The notes under the pieces: model-generated | What the model was told of the DNA's origin: nothing | The model's input: only the letters and a program-made list of their open reading frames with translations | Database searches by the model: none | Position numbers and translations under genes: made by a program | In this document: in pieces, positions 8,250 through 16,560 of the stretch | How the letters are laid out: each line of letters starts with the position of its first letter | How positions within the stretch are numbered: the stretch's first letter is position 1 | NCBI GenBank assembly: GCA_002841765.1 | Contig: PHAV01000006.1 | Coordinates: forward strand, 77,975 to 141,974 | Direction: 5' to 3' | DNA from: Deltaproteobacteria bacterium HGW-Deltaproteobacteria-4 | Lineage (GTDB): Bacteria > Desulfobacterota > Desulfuromonadia > Desulfuromonadales > UBA2197 | Length of the DNA: 64,000 nucleotides

Positions 8250-9566
8250 TTGAAATTCATGTTGACCCAGATCGAAGCTGCCCGCCAGGGCATCGTTACC
8301 CCGCAAATGGCCATTGTTGCCCGTGACGAACAACTCAGTGAAGCTTATATCCTGGAGAACGTCGCTAGCGGCAAGATCGTCATCCCCTGGAACCACAATC
8401 GTAAGCCGAAGGTTGTCGGCATCGGCAAGGGGCTCTCGACTAAGGTCAATGCCTCCATCGGCACCTCCTCCGATATTGTCGATTACGCTGCTGAAATCCG
8501 TAAAGCCATCGCTGCCGAGGAATCAGGCGCCGACACCCTGATGGAACTCTCGGTCGGCGGCGATCTCGACCGGGTGCGGCGCGAAGTCATCGCCAGCGTC
8601 GATTTGCCGGTCGGCAATGTCCCCCTTTACCAGGCCTTCTGCGAAGCAGCACGGCGTTATGGCGATCCCAACAAGCTCGACAAGGAGCTCCTTTTCGACC
8701 TCATCGAACAGCAGTGCAGCGATGGCATGGCCTTCATGGCGGTCCATTGCGGCATCAACCTTTACACCATCGAGCGCCTGCGCAAGCAGGGCTACCGTTA
8801 CGGCGGCCTGGTCAGCAAGGGCGGCGTCTCGATGGTAGCGTGGATGATCGCCAACCAGCAGGAGAATCCCCTTTACGAACACTTCGATCGGGTGGTAAGT
8901 ATCCTCAAGAAGTACGACACCGTCCTCTCCCTCGGCAACGGCCTGCGCGCCGGCGCGATCCACGACTCCTCCGATCGGGCGCAGATCCAGGAGCTCCTCA
9001 TCAACTGCGAGCTCGCCGAGCTCGGCCGCGACATGGGCTGCCAGATGCTGGTCGAAGGGCCCGGCCATGTCCCCCTCGACGAGATCGAAGGGAATATCCA
9101 GCTGCAAAAGCGCATGAGCGGCGGCGCCCCTTACTACATGCTCGGCCCCATTGCCTGCGATGTCGCCCCCGGCTTCGATCACATCACCGCCGCCATCGGC
9201 GCCGCCCAGTCGAGCCGCTACGGCGCCGACCTGATCTGCTATATCACCCCCGCCGAGCATCTCGCCCTCCCCAACGAAGAGGATGTGCGCATGGGGGTCA
9301 AGGCCGCCAAGATCGCCGCCTACATCGGCGACATGAACAAATATCCGGAGAAGGGGCGCGAGCGCGACAAGGAGATGTCGAAAGCGCGCCGCGATCTTGA
9401 TTGGGGGAAACAGTTCGAGCTCGCCCTCTACCCCGAAGATGCCAAGGCGATCCGCGCCAGTCGCACCCCCGAGGACGAAAATACCTGCACCATGTGCGGT
9501 GATTTCTGCGCTTCGCGCGGGGCCGGGAAGCTGTTTAACGGTGATCTCAAAGGGGACAAGATCTGA
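8250..9566 (+). CDS. bzaF: ThiC-family radical SAM enzyme, probable 5-hydroxybenzimidazole synthase (BzaF-type) rather than HMP-P synthase
   Basis: Short-form ThiC fold with C-terminal CTMCGDFC cluster motif. Deviates from canonical ThiC blocks (SLGNGLRAG, DSSDRAQ, YYMLGPIACDVAPGFDH). Sits behind a cobalamin riboswitch, not a TPP one. The thi operon elsewhere in the window lacks thiC. Confidence 0.65.
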   Translation: MKFMLTQIEAARQGIVTPQMAIVARDEQLSEAYILENVASGKIVIPWNHNRKPKVVGIGKGLSTKVNASIGTSSDIVDYAAEIRKAIAAEESGADTLMELSVGGDLDRVRREVIASVDLPVGNVPLYQAFCEAARRYGDPNKLDKELLFDLIEQQCSDGMAFMAVHCGINLYTIERLRKQGYRYGGLVSKGGVSMVAWMIANQQENPLYEHFDRVVSILKKYDTVLSLGNGLRAGAIHDSSDRAQIQELLINCELAELGRDMGCQMLVEGPGHVPLDEIEGNIQLQKRMSGGAPYYMLGPIACDVAPGFDHITAAIGAAQSSRYGADLICYITPAEHLALPNEEDVRMGVKAAKIAAYIGDMNKYPEKGRERDKEMSKARRDLDWGKQFELALYPEDAKAIRASRTPEDENTCTMCGDFCASRGAGKLFNGDLKGDKI

Positions 9567-9569
9567 ATT

Positions 9570-9656
9570 CACCACCCCCGACCCCTCCTTGTGAATAAGG
9601 AGGGGAGGTTTTGACCAAAGTCCCCCTCCTTGACAAGGAGGGGCTAGGGGTGGTGG
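9570..9656. repeat. Composite palindromic repeat (CACCACCCCC(A/G)(G/A)CCCCTCCTT family)
   Basis: Outer arms CACCACCCCCGACCCCTCCTT / AAGGAGGGGCTAGGGGTGGTGG with two decayed inner arms. Related copies at 12634, 40471, 63893 and the truncated 63991-64000. Confidence 0.8.
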
Positions 9657-9703
9657 CCCTTGGCGATGGGAGGCGCGTATATGAATTTCATCAGGTTTGA
9701 ACC

Positions 9704-10324
9704 ATGACGACTTCCCTCCTCCTCACCTTCCTCGGCGCGTCGTTGGCGATCACGGTGGCACCGGGGCCGGACAACCTCTTTATCCTCACCCAGGGGATTG
9801 CGCGGGGGCGGCGGGCGGCGATCATCACCGCCCTCGGCATGTGCAGCGGCATCAGCATTCATACCCTCGCTGCGGCGCTGGGGATCTCGGCGATCTTCGC
9901 GACTTCGGCCCTCGCCTTTAGCGCCGTCAAGTACGCCGGCGCCGCTTATCTCCTCTATCTTGCTTGTCTGACCCTGCGCCACAGCGGCGCGGTACGACTC
10001 GGGCAGGCGGATGCGCGGCCGGCGCTGGACCTCTTCAAACGCGGCTTCATCATGAACGTCCTCAACCCCAAGGTTGCCCTCTTCTTCCTCGCCTTTCTCC
10101 CCCAGTTCGTCAATCCGCAGAACGGTTCCGTCCCGGCGCAGATGCTCCTCCTCGGTGGCCTCTTCATGGCGCAGGCGGTGGTCCTCTTCACCACCCTCGG
10201 CTACTTTGCCGGGAGCATTGGTGGCTATCTGCTGGCGCGGCCGCGACTGGCGAAATATTTGGATGGTTTGACGGCTGGGGTCTTTACGGCGCTGGCGTTA
10301 CGGCTGGCTTTTGCGGAGAGATGA
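9704..10324 (+). CDS. LysE/RhtB-family amino-acid exporter
   Basis: 206 aa, six hydrophobic segments, N-terminal ...APGPDNLFILTQG... motif typical of LysE/RhtB. Confidence 0.8.
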   Translation: MTTSLLLTFLGASLAITVAPGPDNLFILTQGIARGRRAAIITALGMCSGISIHTLAAALGISAIFATSALAFSAVKYAGAAYLLYLACLTLRHSGAVRLGQADARPALDLFKRGFIMNVLNPKVALFFLAFLPQFVNPQNGSVPAQMLLLGGLFMAQAVVLFTTLGYFAGSIGGYLLARPRLAKYLDGLTAGVFTALALRLAFAER

Positions 10325-10338
10325 GGATTACGAAAGGC

Positions 10339-10470
10339 GTTTCACACGGATTGTACGGATGAAACGGATAAAATCAGATTAATCAAGACAATAGACTCTG
10401 GACCGGTTCTTTATGTTAAATCCGTGAAAATCCGTCTAATCAGATTTTATCCGTGTGCAGAATGCATTTG
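10339..10470. repeat. MITE-like ACGGAT-array repeat, copy 2 (full length)
   Basis: GTTTCACACGGATTGTACGGATGAAACGGATAAAATCAGATTAATCA ... TTAAATCCGTGAAAATCCGTCTAATCAGATTTTATCCGTGTGCAGAATGC. Both ends begin CACACGGAT in inverted orientation. Confidence 0.8.
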
Positions 10471-10489
10471 ACCGGATAATGGTTCGTCC

Positions 10490-11530
10490 CTACGTGGCAA
10501 TAAATTTCAACGCCTTCTTGTGCGCGCCGTGCAGGGATAATCCGCGCAAAACCTCCGCGTCAACCCACTCCGCCTTCCCTTCAGCGACCCGCCCCCACTC
10601 TTCCACCTGACCACTGAAAAGCCGCAGATCGACCTTGAAATGGCTGTAGGCATGAGCGACCCGCCCGGTTTCGCGGATGTCACCCACGCCGTAAGTGGCA
10701 GCGAGAACGGCGGCGATGGTCGTTGGATCGTCTCTGACGGCGACGACGCAGGTCGGGAATTCCCAGAGGCCGCCGAGCATCCCGCTCAAGGGACGGCGTT
10801 CGACCCGCCAGCGATTGTCGCGTTCCAGCAGCAGGGCGACCTGCAGCACCGTCGGCACCGCCTTGGTCTTCCGTCTCTCCGGCAACGCGTCTTGCCGTCC
10901 CTGCGCGAAGGCATGACAATGCGCAGCGAGGGGACAGAGGGAACAGGTCGGTTTGGTCGGGGTGCAGCAGGTGGCGCCGAGGTCCATGATCGCCTGAGCG
11001 TAGTCACCGGCGCGCTCAGGCGGAGTCACCGCCTCGGCCGATTGCCAGAGGATCTTCTCCGCCGCTGAGCTGCGCGGGTCGCCATCAAGGGCGAGGAGGC
11101 GCACCAGCACCCGGCGGACATTGCCGTCGAGGATGACGCCGCGCTCGCCAAAGGCGATGGCGCGGATCGCCCCGGCGGTGGAGCGGCCGACGCCGGGAAG
11201 ATCGGTCAGCTCTTCGAGGGACGAGGGGAAAGAACCACCATAGTCGTTCATCACCCGCTGCGCCGCCGCATGCAGGTTGCGGGCGCGGGAGTAGTAACCG
11301 AGGCCGGCCCAGGCGTCGATCACCGCCTCGATCGGCGCGCTGGCGAGGGTGGCGACAGCGGGGAAACGGGCGAGGAAGCGCTGGTAATAGGGGATGACCG
11401 CCGTCACCGTCGTCTGCTGGAGCATGATCTCGGAGAGCCAGATGCAATAGGGATCAGAGGTGTGGCGCCACGGCAGGTCACGGCCGACCTGGCCGTACCA
11501 GGCGAGGAGGAGCGGGGCGATGGAGATCAA
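10490..11530 (-). CDS. mutY: A/G-specific adenine DNA glycosylase
   Basis: [23 protein letters not shown] and [11 protein letters not shown] blocks, Fe-S loop [20 protein letters not shown] start overlaps the hisC stop by 4 nt. Confidence 0.9.
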   Translation of the reverse strand: MISIAPLLLAWYGQVGRDLPWRHTSDPYCIWLSEIMLQQTTVTAVIPYYQRFLARFPAVATLASAPIEAVIDAWAGLGYYSRARNLHAAAQRVMNDYGGSFPSSLEELTDLPGVGRSTAGAIRAIAFGERGVILDGNVRRVLVRLLALDGDPRSSAAEKILWQSAEAVTPPERAGDYAQAIMDLGATCCTPTKPTCSLCPLAAHCHAFAQGRQDALPERRKTKAVPTVLQVALLLERDNRWRVERRPLSGMLGGLWEFPTCVVAVRDDPTTIAAVLAATYGVGDIRETGRVAHAYSHFKVDLRLFSGQVEEWGRVAEGKAEWVDAEVLRGLSLHGAHKKALKFIAT

Positions 11531-12579
11531 CCAATCTCCCCCAGCGCCTTCAACGTCGTCTCCATCTCCGCATCCGTGCCGATGGTAATCCGCATCCCGT
11601 GTGCCAGGAGCGGATCGGAGAAGTAGCGCACGAGAATCTTGCGGGCGAAGAGGGCATCGTAAACCCGCTTGCCATTTCCATCCGGCGGCGAGGCAAAGAC
11701 GAAGTTGGTGCGCGACTCGACGATGGTGTAGCCGATTTCCTTGAGACCGGCGATGAAGCGTTCGCGGGTGGCGCGGATCTTGGCGACGGTGGCGGCGAGG
11801 TGCGCCTGATCAGCGAGGGCGGCGCTGCCGGCGACGAGGGCGAGGCGGTCGAGGTGGTAGTGGTCGCGGATCTTGTCGAGGGCGGCGACTACCTCGGGGC
11901 GGGCGACGGCGAGGCCGAGGCGCATCCCGGCGAGGGAGTAGCTCTTGGAGAAGGTGCGGGTGACGACGACGTTTTCGTACTTCTTGACCAGCGCCATCGC
12001 CGTGAAGTCGGCGAAATCGACGTAGGCTTCATCGACGATCAGCATGCCTGCGCAGCGCTGCGCGATCTCCTCGATGTAGGCGAGGGGGAAGGAAAAACCG
12101 AGGGGGGCGTTCGGTGAGGTGAGGAAGAAAATCTTTCCCTCGAAACGGGCCGGGAAGTCCTTGATGCGGAAGTCGTCGGTGAGGCCGAAGGTCGTGATTC
12201 TCGCCCCCTGGATCTCGGCGAGGGTGGCGTAATAGGAGTAGGAAGGATGGATGTAGGCGACCTCCTCCTCTTCGCCGGCAAAGGCGCGGATCAGGTTGTT
12301 GAGGAGCTCGTCGGAACCGTTGGCGGTGATCACCCAACTCGGGTCAAACCCGTAAAGCTCCGCCGCCACCTGACGCATCTGTTTGCTGCTGGGGTCGGGG
12401 TATTTGCGCAGATTCTCGCCGTCAGCGCCGATCTCGGCGAGGAGCGCTTCCCGAACCTTCACCGAAGGCGGGTAAGGGTTTTCGTTGGTGTTGAGCTTGA
12501 TCCACGGCTCATGATCAGGGGGCTGGAAGCCGGGGACGTAGCCGGCCATGTCACGAATGGCTTTGCGTAAGGGTTGCAT
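11527..12579 (-). CDS. hisC: Histidinol-phosphate aminotransferase
   Basis: [12 protein letters not shown] motif and [17 protein letters not shown]-lysine block; 350 aa. Confidence 0.9.
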   Translation of the reverse strand: MQPLRKAIRDMAGYVPGFQPPDHEPWIKLNTNENPYPPSVKVREALLAEIGADGENLRKYPDPSSKQMRQVAAELYGFDPSWVITANGSDELLNNLIRAFAGEEEEVAYIHPSYSYYATLAEIQGARITTFGLTDDFRIKDFPARFEGKIFFLTSPNAPLGFSFPLAYIEEIAQRCAGMLIVDEAYVDFADFTAMALVKKYENVVVTRTFSKSYSLAGMRLGLAVARPEVVAALDKIRDHYHLDRLALVAGSAALADQAHLAATVAKIRATRERFIAGLKEIGYTIVESRTNFVFASPPDGNGKRVYDALFARKILVRYFSDPLLAHGMRITIGTDAEMETTLKALGEIG

Positions 12580-12633
12580 GGGAGACCTCGATTTGTTTAT
12601 GTGTGTTCTTGATCCAATAAATTTTGAGACCTT

Positions 12634-12676
12634 ACCACCCCCAGCCCCTCCTTGATAAGGAGGGGCTGGGGGTGGT
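12634..12676. repeat. Perfect 20-bp palindrome of the CACCACCCCC...CCTCCTT repeat family
   Basis: ACCACCCCCAGCCCCTCCTT-GAT-AAGGAGGGGCTGGGGGTGGT, checked base by base. Confidence 0.9.
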
Positions 12677-12681
12677 GGCTT

Positions 12682-13761
12682 TTAGTATTCTTCTAAAATC
12701 TCATACAGCGTATTCCGCTTCGCCGGCGTAAACCCCGCGCCGCGGGCAATTTCGACGATCTCCTCAATCGACAGGCGGAAGTCACAACCGGCGGCGGCGA
12801 CGACGTTTTCTTCTAACATGGTGCCGCCGAGGTCGTTGGCGCCGAAACGGAGCGCCACCTGGGCCATCATCGCGCCCTGCGTCACCCAGCTCGCCTGGAT
12901 GTTGTCGATATTCTGCAGAACAATACGCGACAGGGCGAGGACGCGCAGGTAGGCGACGCCGCTGGCGGTTTCGCCGCCGAGTTCGGTATTCCCCGGCTGG
13001 TAGGTCCAGGGGATAAAGGCTGTGAAGCCGCCGGTTCTGGCCTGCAGTTCACGGATGACGAGAAGGTGCTCGACAATATCTTCCGGCGCTTCGCTGCTAC
13101 CGAACATCATCGTCGCGGTGGTGCGCATGCCGAGGCGATGCGCCTCTTCCATCACCGCCAGCCAGTCGCTGGTGCCGATCTTGTTGGGGCTGATCGCCAG
13201 ACGGACGGAGTCGACGAGGACTTCGGCGCCGCCACCGGGGATGGAAGCGAGGCCGGCGGCCTTGAGGCGCCCCAGACAATCCTCCATGCTGATCCCCGAC
13301 TGTTTGGCGATGTGGATGACCTCGGCCGGGGAAAGGGAGTGGATCTGTACACTCGGGAAGCGGCTGCGGATGAGGCGAAAGAGTTCCTCGAACCATTCGA
13401 TGCGCAGCTCGGGATGGAGTCCTCCCTGCATGAGGAGCTGGGTACCTCCGTGCTCAACCAATCCCTGCACCTTTTCCATGATCGTTTCGTAATCGAGGAG
13501 GTAGCTGTCGGCGTCGTCAAGGTTGCGGTAAAAGGCGCAAAACTTACACTTCGAGGTGCAGACGTTGGTGTAGTTGACATTGCGGTCGATGACGAAGGTC
13601 ACGCGGTGCTGGGGATGTTTTTTCTCGCGGATGGCGTCGGCGAGCTGGCCGAGGGCGAGAAGGTCGGCTTCGCGCAGCAGCCAGAGGGCCTCGTCGCGGT
13701 CGATGGGAGTGCCGGCGGTGATTTTATTTTGGATAATCTCAAATGGTTTCATTGGCGTCAT
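12682..13761 (-). CDS. mqnC: Radical SAM cyclic dehypoxanthinyl-futalosine synthase (MqnC-type)
   Basis: DRNVNYTNVCTSKCKFCAFYR cluster motif, QGGLHPEL and IHSLSPAEV blocks. I assigned MqnC versus MqnE from remembered family signatures. Confidence 0.7.
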   Translation of the reverse strand: MTPMKPFEIIQNKITAGTPIDRDEALWLLREADLLALGQLADAIREKKHPQHRVTFVIDRNVNYTNVCTSKCKFCAFYRNLDDADSYLLDYETIMEKVQGLVEHGGTQLLMQGGLHPELRIEWFEELFRLIRSRFPSVQIHSLSPAEVIHIAKQSGISMEDCLGRLKAAGLASIPGGGAEVLVDSVRLAISPNKIGTSDWLAVMEEAHRLGMRTTATMMFGSSEAPEDIVEHLLVIRELQARTGGFTAFIPWTYQPGNTELGGETASGVAYLRVLALSRIVLQNIDNIQASWVTQGAMMAQVALRFGANDLGGTMLEENVVAAAGCDFRLSIEEIVEIARGAGFTPAKRNTLYEILEEY

Positions 13762-13770
13762 GTTGTGGAT

Positions 13771-13838
13771 GGGCGACCCACCGGGTCGCCCCTACGGAAA
13801 ATTGGTTTGGCGTGTAGGGGCGACCCGGTGGGTCGCCC
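13771..13838. repeat. Two inverted REP units (GGGCGACCCACCGGGTCGCCCCTAC / GTAGGGGCGACCCGGTGGGTCGCCC)
   Basis: Units at 13771-13795 and 13814-13838, between mqnE and mqnC. Confidence 0.85.
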
Positions 13839-13847
13839 GCTTGGGCA

Positions 13848-14927
13848 TCAATAAGCCCGCAGCTCGTTATACAAGGTATCCCGCTCCACCGGGATTTTCC
13901 CGGCCTCGCGGATCAATCCGCAGAGCTGCTCTTTGGAGAGGGCCTGCGGCGAAGCGGCGCCGGCGTCGTGGCCGATCTTCTCCTCAATCACCGTGCCGTC
14001 GAGATCGTTGACCCCGAAGGTGAGGCTGACCTGGGCGATCTTGAGGCCGAGCATGACCCAGTAGGCCTTGATGTGTGCAAAGTTGTCGAGATAGAGGCGG
14101 CTGATCGCCAACGTCTTGAGGGCATCGATCCCCCCTGGTCCTTTGGCGCCGGCAATCTTGGTGTTGTCGGGCTGGAAGGCGAGGGGGATGAAGGCCTGAA
14201 AACCGTGGGTCTGATCCTGTAAGGCCCGGAGCTTGTGGAGATGATCGACGCGGTCGGTCGCGGTTTCGATGTGGCCGAAGAGCATCGTTGCGTTGCTCTT
14301 TAATCCGGTGCGATGCGCCAAGGCGGTGACTTCCAGCCAGCGTTCGCCGGAGATCTTCTCCGGGCAGATCTTTTCCCGCACTCGCGCCCCGAGGATCTCG
14401 GCGCCACCGCCGGGCATCGAGCCGAGGCCGGCGAGTTTGAGTTCTTCGATGACCGATTCGACACTCTGGCCGGTGAGGCGGGCAAAGTAGTCGATCTCGA
14501 CCGCGGTGAAGGCCTTGATATGCAGATCCGGTGAGTCGGCGCGAATAGCGGCGAGCATCTCCAGATAGAAGTCAAAGGGGAGGTCGGGGTGGAGGCCGCC
14601 GACCATGTGCAGTTCGGTGGCGCCGGCGGCCTGGGCTTCGGCGGCCTTGCGGAGGATCTCATCCAGCATCATGGTATAGCTGCCGTTCTCCCCCTCTTCC
14701 TTGCTGAAGGCGCAGAAGGTGCAGCGGTTGACGCAGATATTGGTGTAGTTGATGTGACGGTTGATATTGAAGTAGACCTTGTCACCGTGCTTACGGTGAT
14801 TGGCCAAGGCGGCGAGTTCGCCGATGGCGAGGAGGTCGTCGCTAGCAAAGAGGGCAAGGGCATCGCTGTCGGAAAGACGGACACCGGCTTCGATCTTGCT
14901 GCGGATTAAAGGAAAGAGATTGGTCAT
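13848..14927 (-). CDS. mqnE: Radical SAM aminofutalosine synthase (MqnE-type)
   Basis: NRHINYTNICVNRCTFCAF cluster motif, VGGLHPDL and HIKAFTAVEI blocks. Start moved to MTNLFPL (ATG 14927); the track extension would overlap ubiX. Confidence 0.7.
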   Translation of the reverse strand: MTNLFPLIRSKIEAGVRLSDSDALALFASDDLLAIGELAALANHRKHGDKVYFNINRHINYTNICVNRCTFCAFSKEEGENGSYTMMLDEILRKAAEAQAAGATELHMVGGLHPDLPFDFYLEMLAAIRADSPDLHIKAFTAVEIDYFARLTGQSVESVIEELKLAGLGSMPGGGAEILGARVREKICPEKISGERWLEVTALAHRTGLKSNATMLFGHIETATDRVDHLHKLRALQDQTHGFQAFIPLAFQPDNTKIAGAKGPGGIDALKTLAISRLYLDNFAHIKAYWVMLGLKIAQVSLTFGVNDLDGTVIEEKIGHDAGAASPQALSKEQLCGLIREAGKIPVERDTLYNELRAY

Positions 14928-14934
14928 GGTCGTT

Positions 14935-15552
14935 TCAGGGTTCCTCCCCCCAAGGGATGAAGAGGGCGTGCTTGATGCGCAGGCTGTCGAGAATCTTGCC
15001 GATGACAAAGTCGACGAGATCGGCCACCGTCTGCGGTTGACGGTAGAAGGCGGGCATCGCCGGGATGATCTGCGCGCCGCATTCGGCAACGGTTAAAAGG
15101 TTGCGGAGGTGGATGGAGCTCAAGGGGGTTTCACGCGGGACAATGAGGAGTTCGCGTCGCTCCTTGAGGACGACATCGGCAACCCTTTCGATGAGATTGC
15201 TGCCGGCGCCACTCGCGACCCGTCCCAGCGTCCCCATCGAGCAGGGGACGATCACCAGCGCGTCCGGGGCCGAGGTGCCGCTCGCCACCGGGGCGAAGAG
15301 GTCATTGTTGGCGTAGTGGCGCAGCTGGTAGCTGGCAAAGTGGCTGCGGATCAGCTCGCGGCTGACCTCGATATCCGTCGGCCAGTCAAGGCCGGTCTCG
15401 TAGTGCAGCACTTGGCGTCCCGCGTCGGTGAGAAGGAGGGTGACGCGGCAGTCGGCCTTTAACAGTTCCTCGACCAGGCGCAGGCCGTAGATCGAGCCGG
15501 AAGCTCCGCAGATAGCGACGACGATGTTTTTCATAGGGTGTTGACCAATCAT
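14935..15552 (-). CDS. ubiX: UbiX-family flavin prenyltransferase
   Basis: IVVAICGASGSIYGLRL N-terminus and VIVPCSMGTLG block. ATGA overlap with the upstream prenyltransferase; an alternative start at MKNIVV is possible. Confidence 0.85.
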   Translation of the reverse strand: MIGQHPMKNIVVAICGASGSIYGLRLVEELLKADCRVTLLLTDAGRQVLHYETGLDWPTDIEVSRELIRSHFASYQLRHYANNDLFAPVASGTSAPDALVIVPCSMGTLGRVASGAGSNLIERVADVVLKERRELLIVPRETPLSSIHLRNLLTVAECGAQIIPAMPAFYRQPQTVADLVDFVIGKILDSLRIKHALFIPWGEEP

Positions 15553-16412
15553 TTAATCAATACATCCGCCAGGGTGAAGCAGAAAATCGTCACGCTGATG
15601 TAGCCGTTCATATTGAAGAAGGCGGCGTCGAGCTTGGAAAGATCGCCGGGTTTGACGAGGTGGTGCTCCCAGGCGATCATCAGGCTGATGACGCCGATGC
15701 CGGCATAGTAGATCATCCCGAGGGGGAGTCCCTGCGGGATGAGCAGCAGGAGTCCGACCATCAGCCCGTGCAGCACCTTGCCGAGGAGGATTGCCCCCTT
15801 CTCGCCGAGGCGGACCGGGATCGAATGCAGCCCCTGCTTGCGGTCGAAGTCGAGATCCTGCAGGGCGTAGAAGATATCGAAACCGGCGACCCAGAATAAG
15901 ACCGCCAGCGCCAGTGCGAAAATCGGCCACTCCACCGTGCTGCGCAGGGCGATCCATGCACCCAAAGGGGCACCGGCGAGACAGATGCCGAGGACGATGT
16001 GGGCCAGGGAGGTGAAGCGCTTGCAGTAAGCGTAAAGGATGAAGAAAGCGAGGACCAGCGGCGACAGATAGAAGCACAGGGGATTGAGCTGCCAGGCCGC
16101 TACCAACAGGAGGAGGGTCGAGCCGGCGACAAAAATCCATGCTTCCTGTCGGGAGATGATCCCGGCGGGGATCTGCCGACCGGCGGTACGCGGATTTTCG
16201 GCATCGATGCGGGCGTCGATGATGCGGTTCAGCCCCATGGCGGCGTTGCGCGCTCCGACCATGGCGAGGCAGATCCAGCCGATCTGGGCAGCGGTCGGTG
16301 GCTGGCCGTTGGCCAGAGATGCAAGGGTCGCACCCATCAGGGCGAAGGGGAAAGCGAAGATGGTATGGGAGAACTTGATCATCTCCAGCAAATGACGAAT
16401 TTTGCTAAACAT
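15549..16412 (-). CDS. UbiA-family aromatic polyprenyltransferase (MqnP-like by context)
   Basis: Polytopic membrane protein with an N..GLNRIIDARID Asp-rich motif. Lies in an operon with ubiX, mqnE and mqnC. Confidence 0.8.
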   Translation of the reverse strand: MFSKIRHLLEMIKFSHTIFAFPFALMGATLASLANGQPPTAAQIGWICLAMVGARNAAMGLNRIIDARIDAENPRTAGRQIPAGIISRQEAWIFVAGSTLLLLVAAWQLNPLCFYLSPLVLAFFILYAYCKRFTSLAHIVLGICLAGAPLGAWIALRSTVEWPIFALALAVLFWVAGFDIFYALQDLDFDRKQGLHSIPVRLGEKGAILLGKVLHGLMVGLLLLIPQGLPLGMIYYAGIGVISLMIAWEHHLVKPGDLSKLDAAFFNMNGYISVTIFCFTLADVLIK

Positions 16413-16560
16413 GGGCCTCGCAGTGAGCAGGGAAAGTTGAAGAACGACGGCAGTCTACACCGGCGGGCGAGCAGCTGGCAAGAACTCTGTCGCCAAAATT
16501 GGTGCGTTTGTGTTATGTAGTTCGTCGTAAAATGACCCTTGAAAGGAAGATATAGAAACC

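Noticed and set aside
7803-8396. 197-aa minus-strand ORF spanning the M48 / ThiC-family intergenic region
   Set aside because: It lies across the cobalamin riboswitch and the start of the ThiC-family gene. The region is explained by conserved riboswitch blocks on the plus strand.
8523-9575. 350-aa minus-strand ORF antisense to the ThiC-family gene
   Set aside because: Shadow ORF. The plus strand encodes a full-length ThiC-fold protein with its C-terminal cluster motif.
9570-9656. Possibility that the GC-rich palindromic repeats are a CRISPR array
   Set aside because: Copies are dispersed across the window (9.6, 12.6, 40.5 and 63.9 kb), not tandem with regular spacers. No cas genes are present. 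They behave like REP-type palindromes.
14928-15089. 54-codon N-terminal extension of the mqnE ORF in the track, and similar extensions on other track ORFs (1885..3267, 7036..7899, 21303.., 35739.., 46329.., 51233.., 57334.., 61369..)
   Set aside because: The extensions overlap upstream genes or repeats and lack an RBS. Internal Met codons with good Shine-Dalgarno sequences give N-termini that match the respective families.
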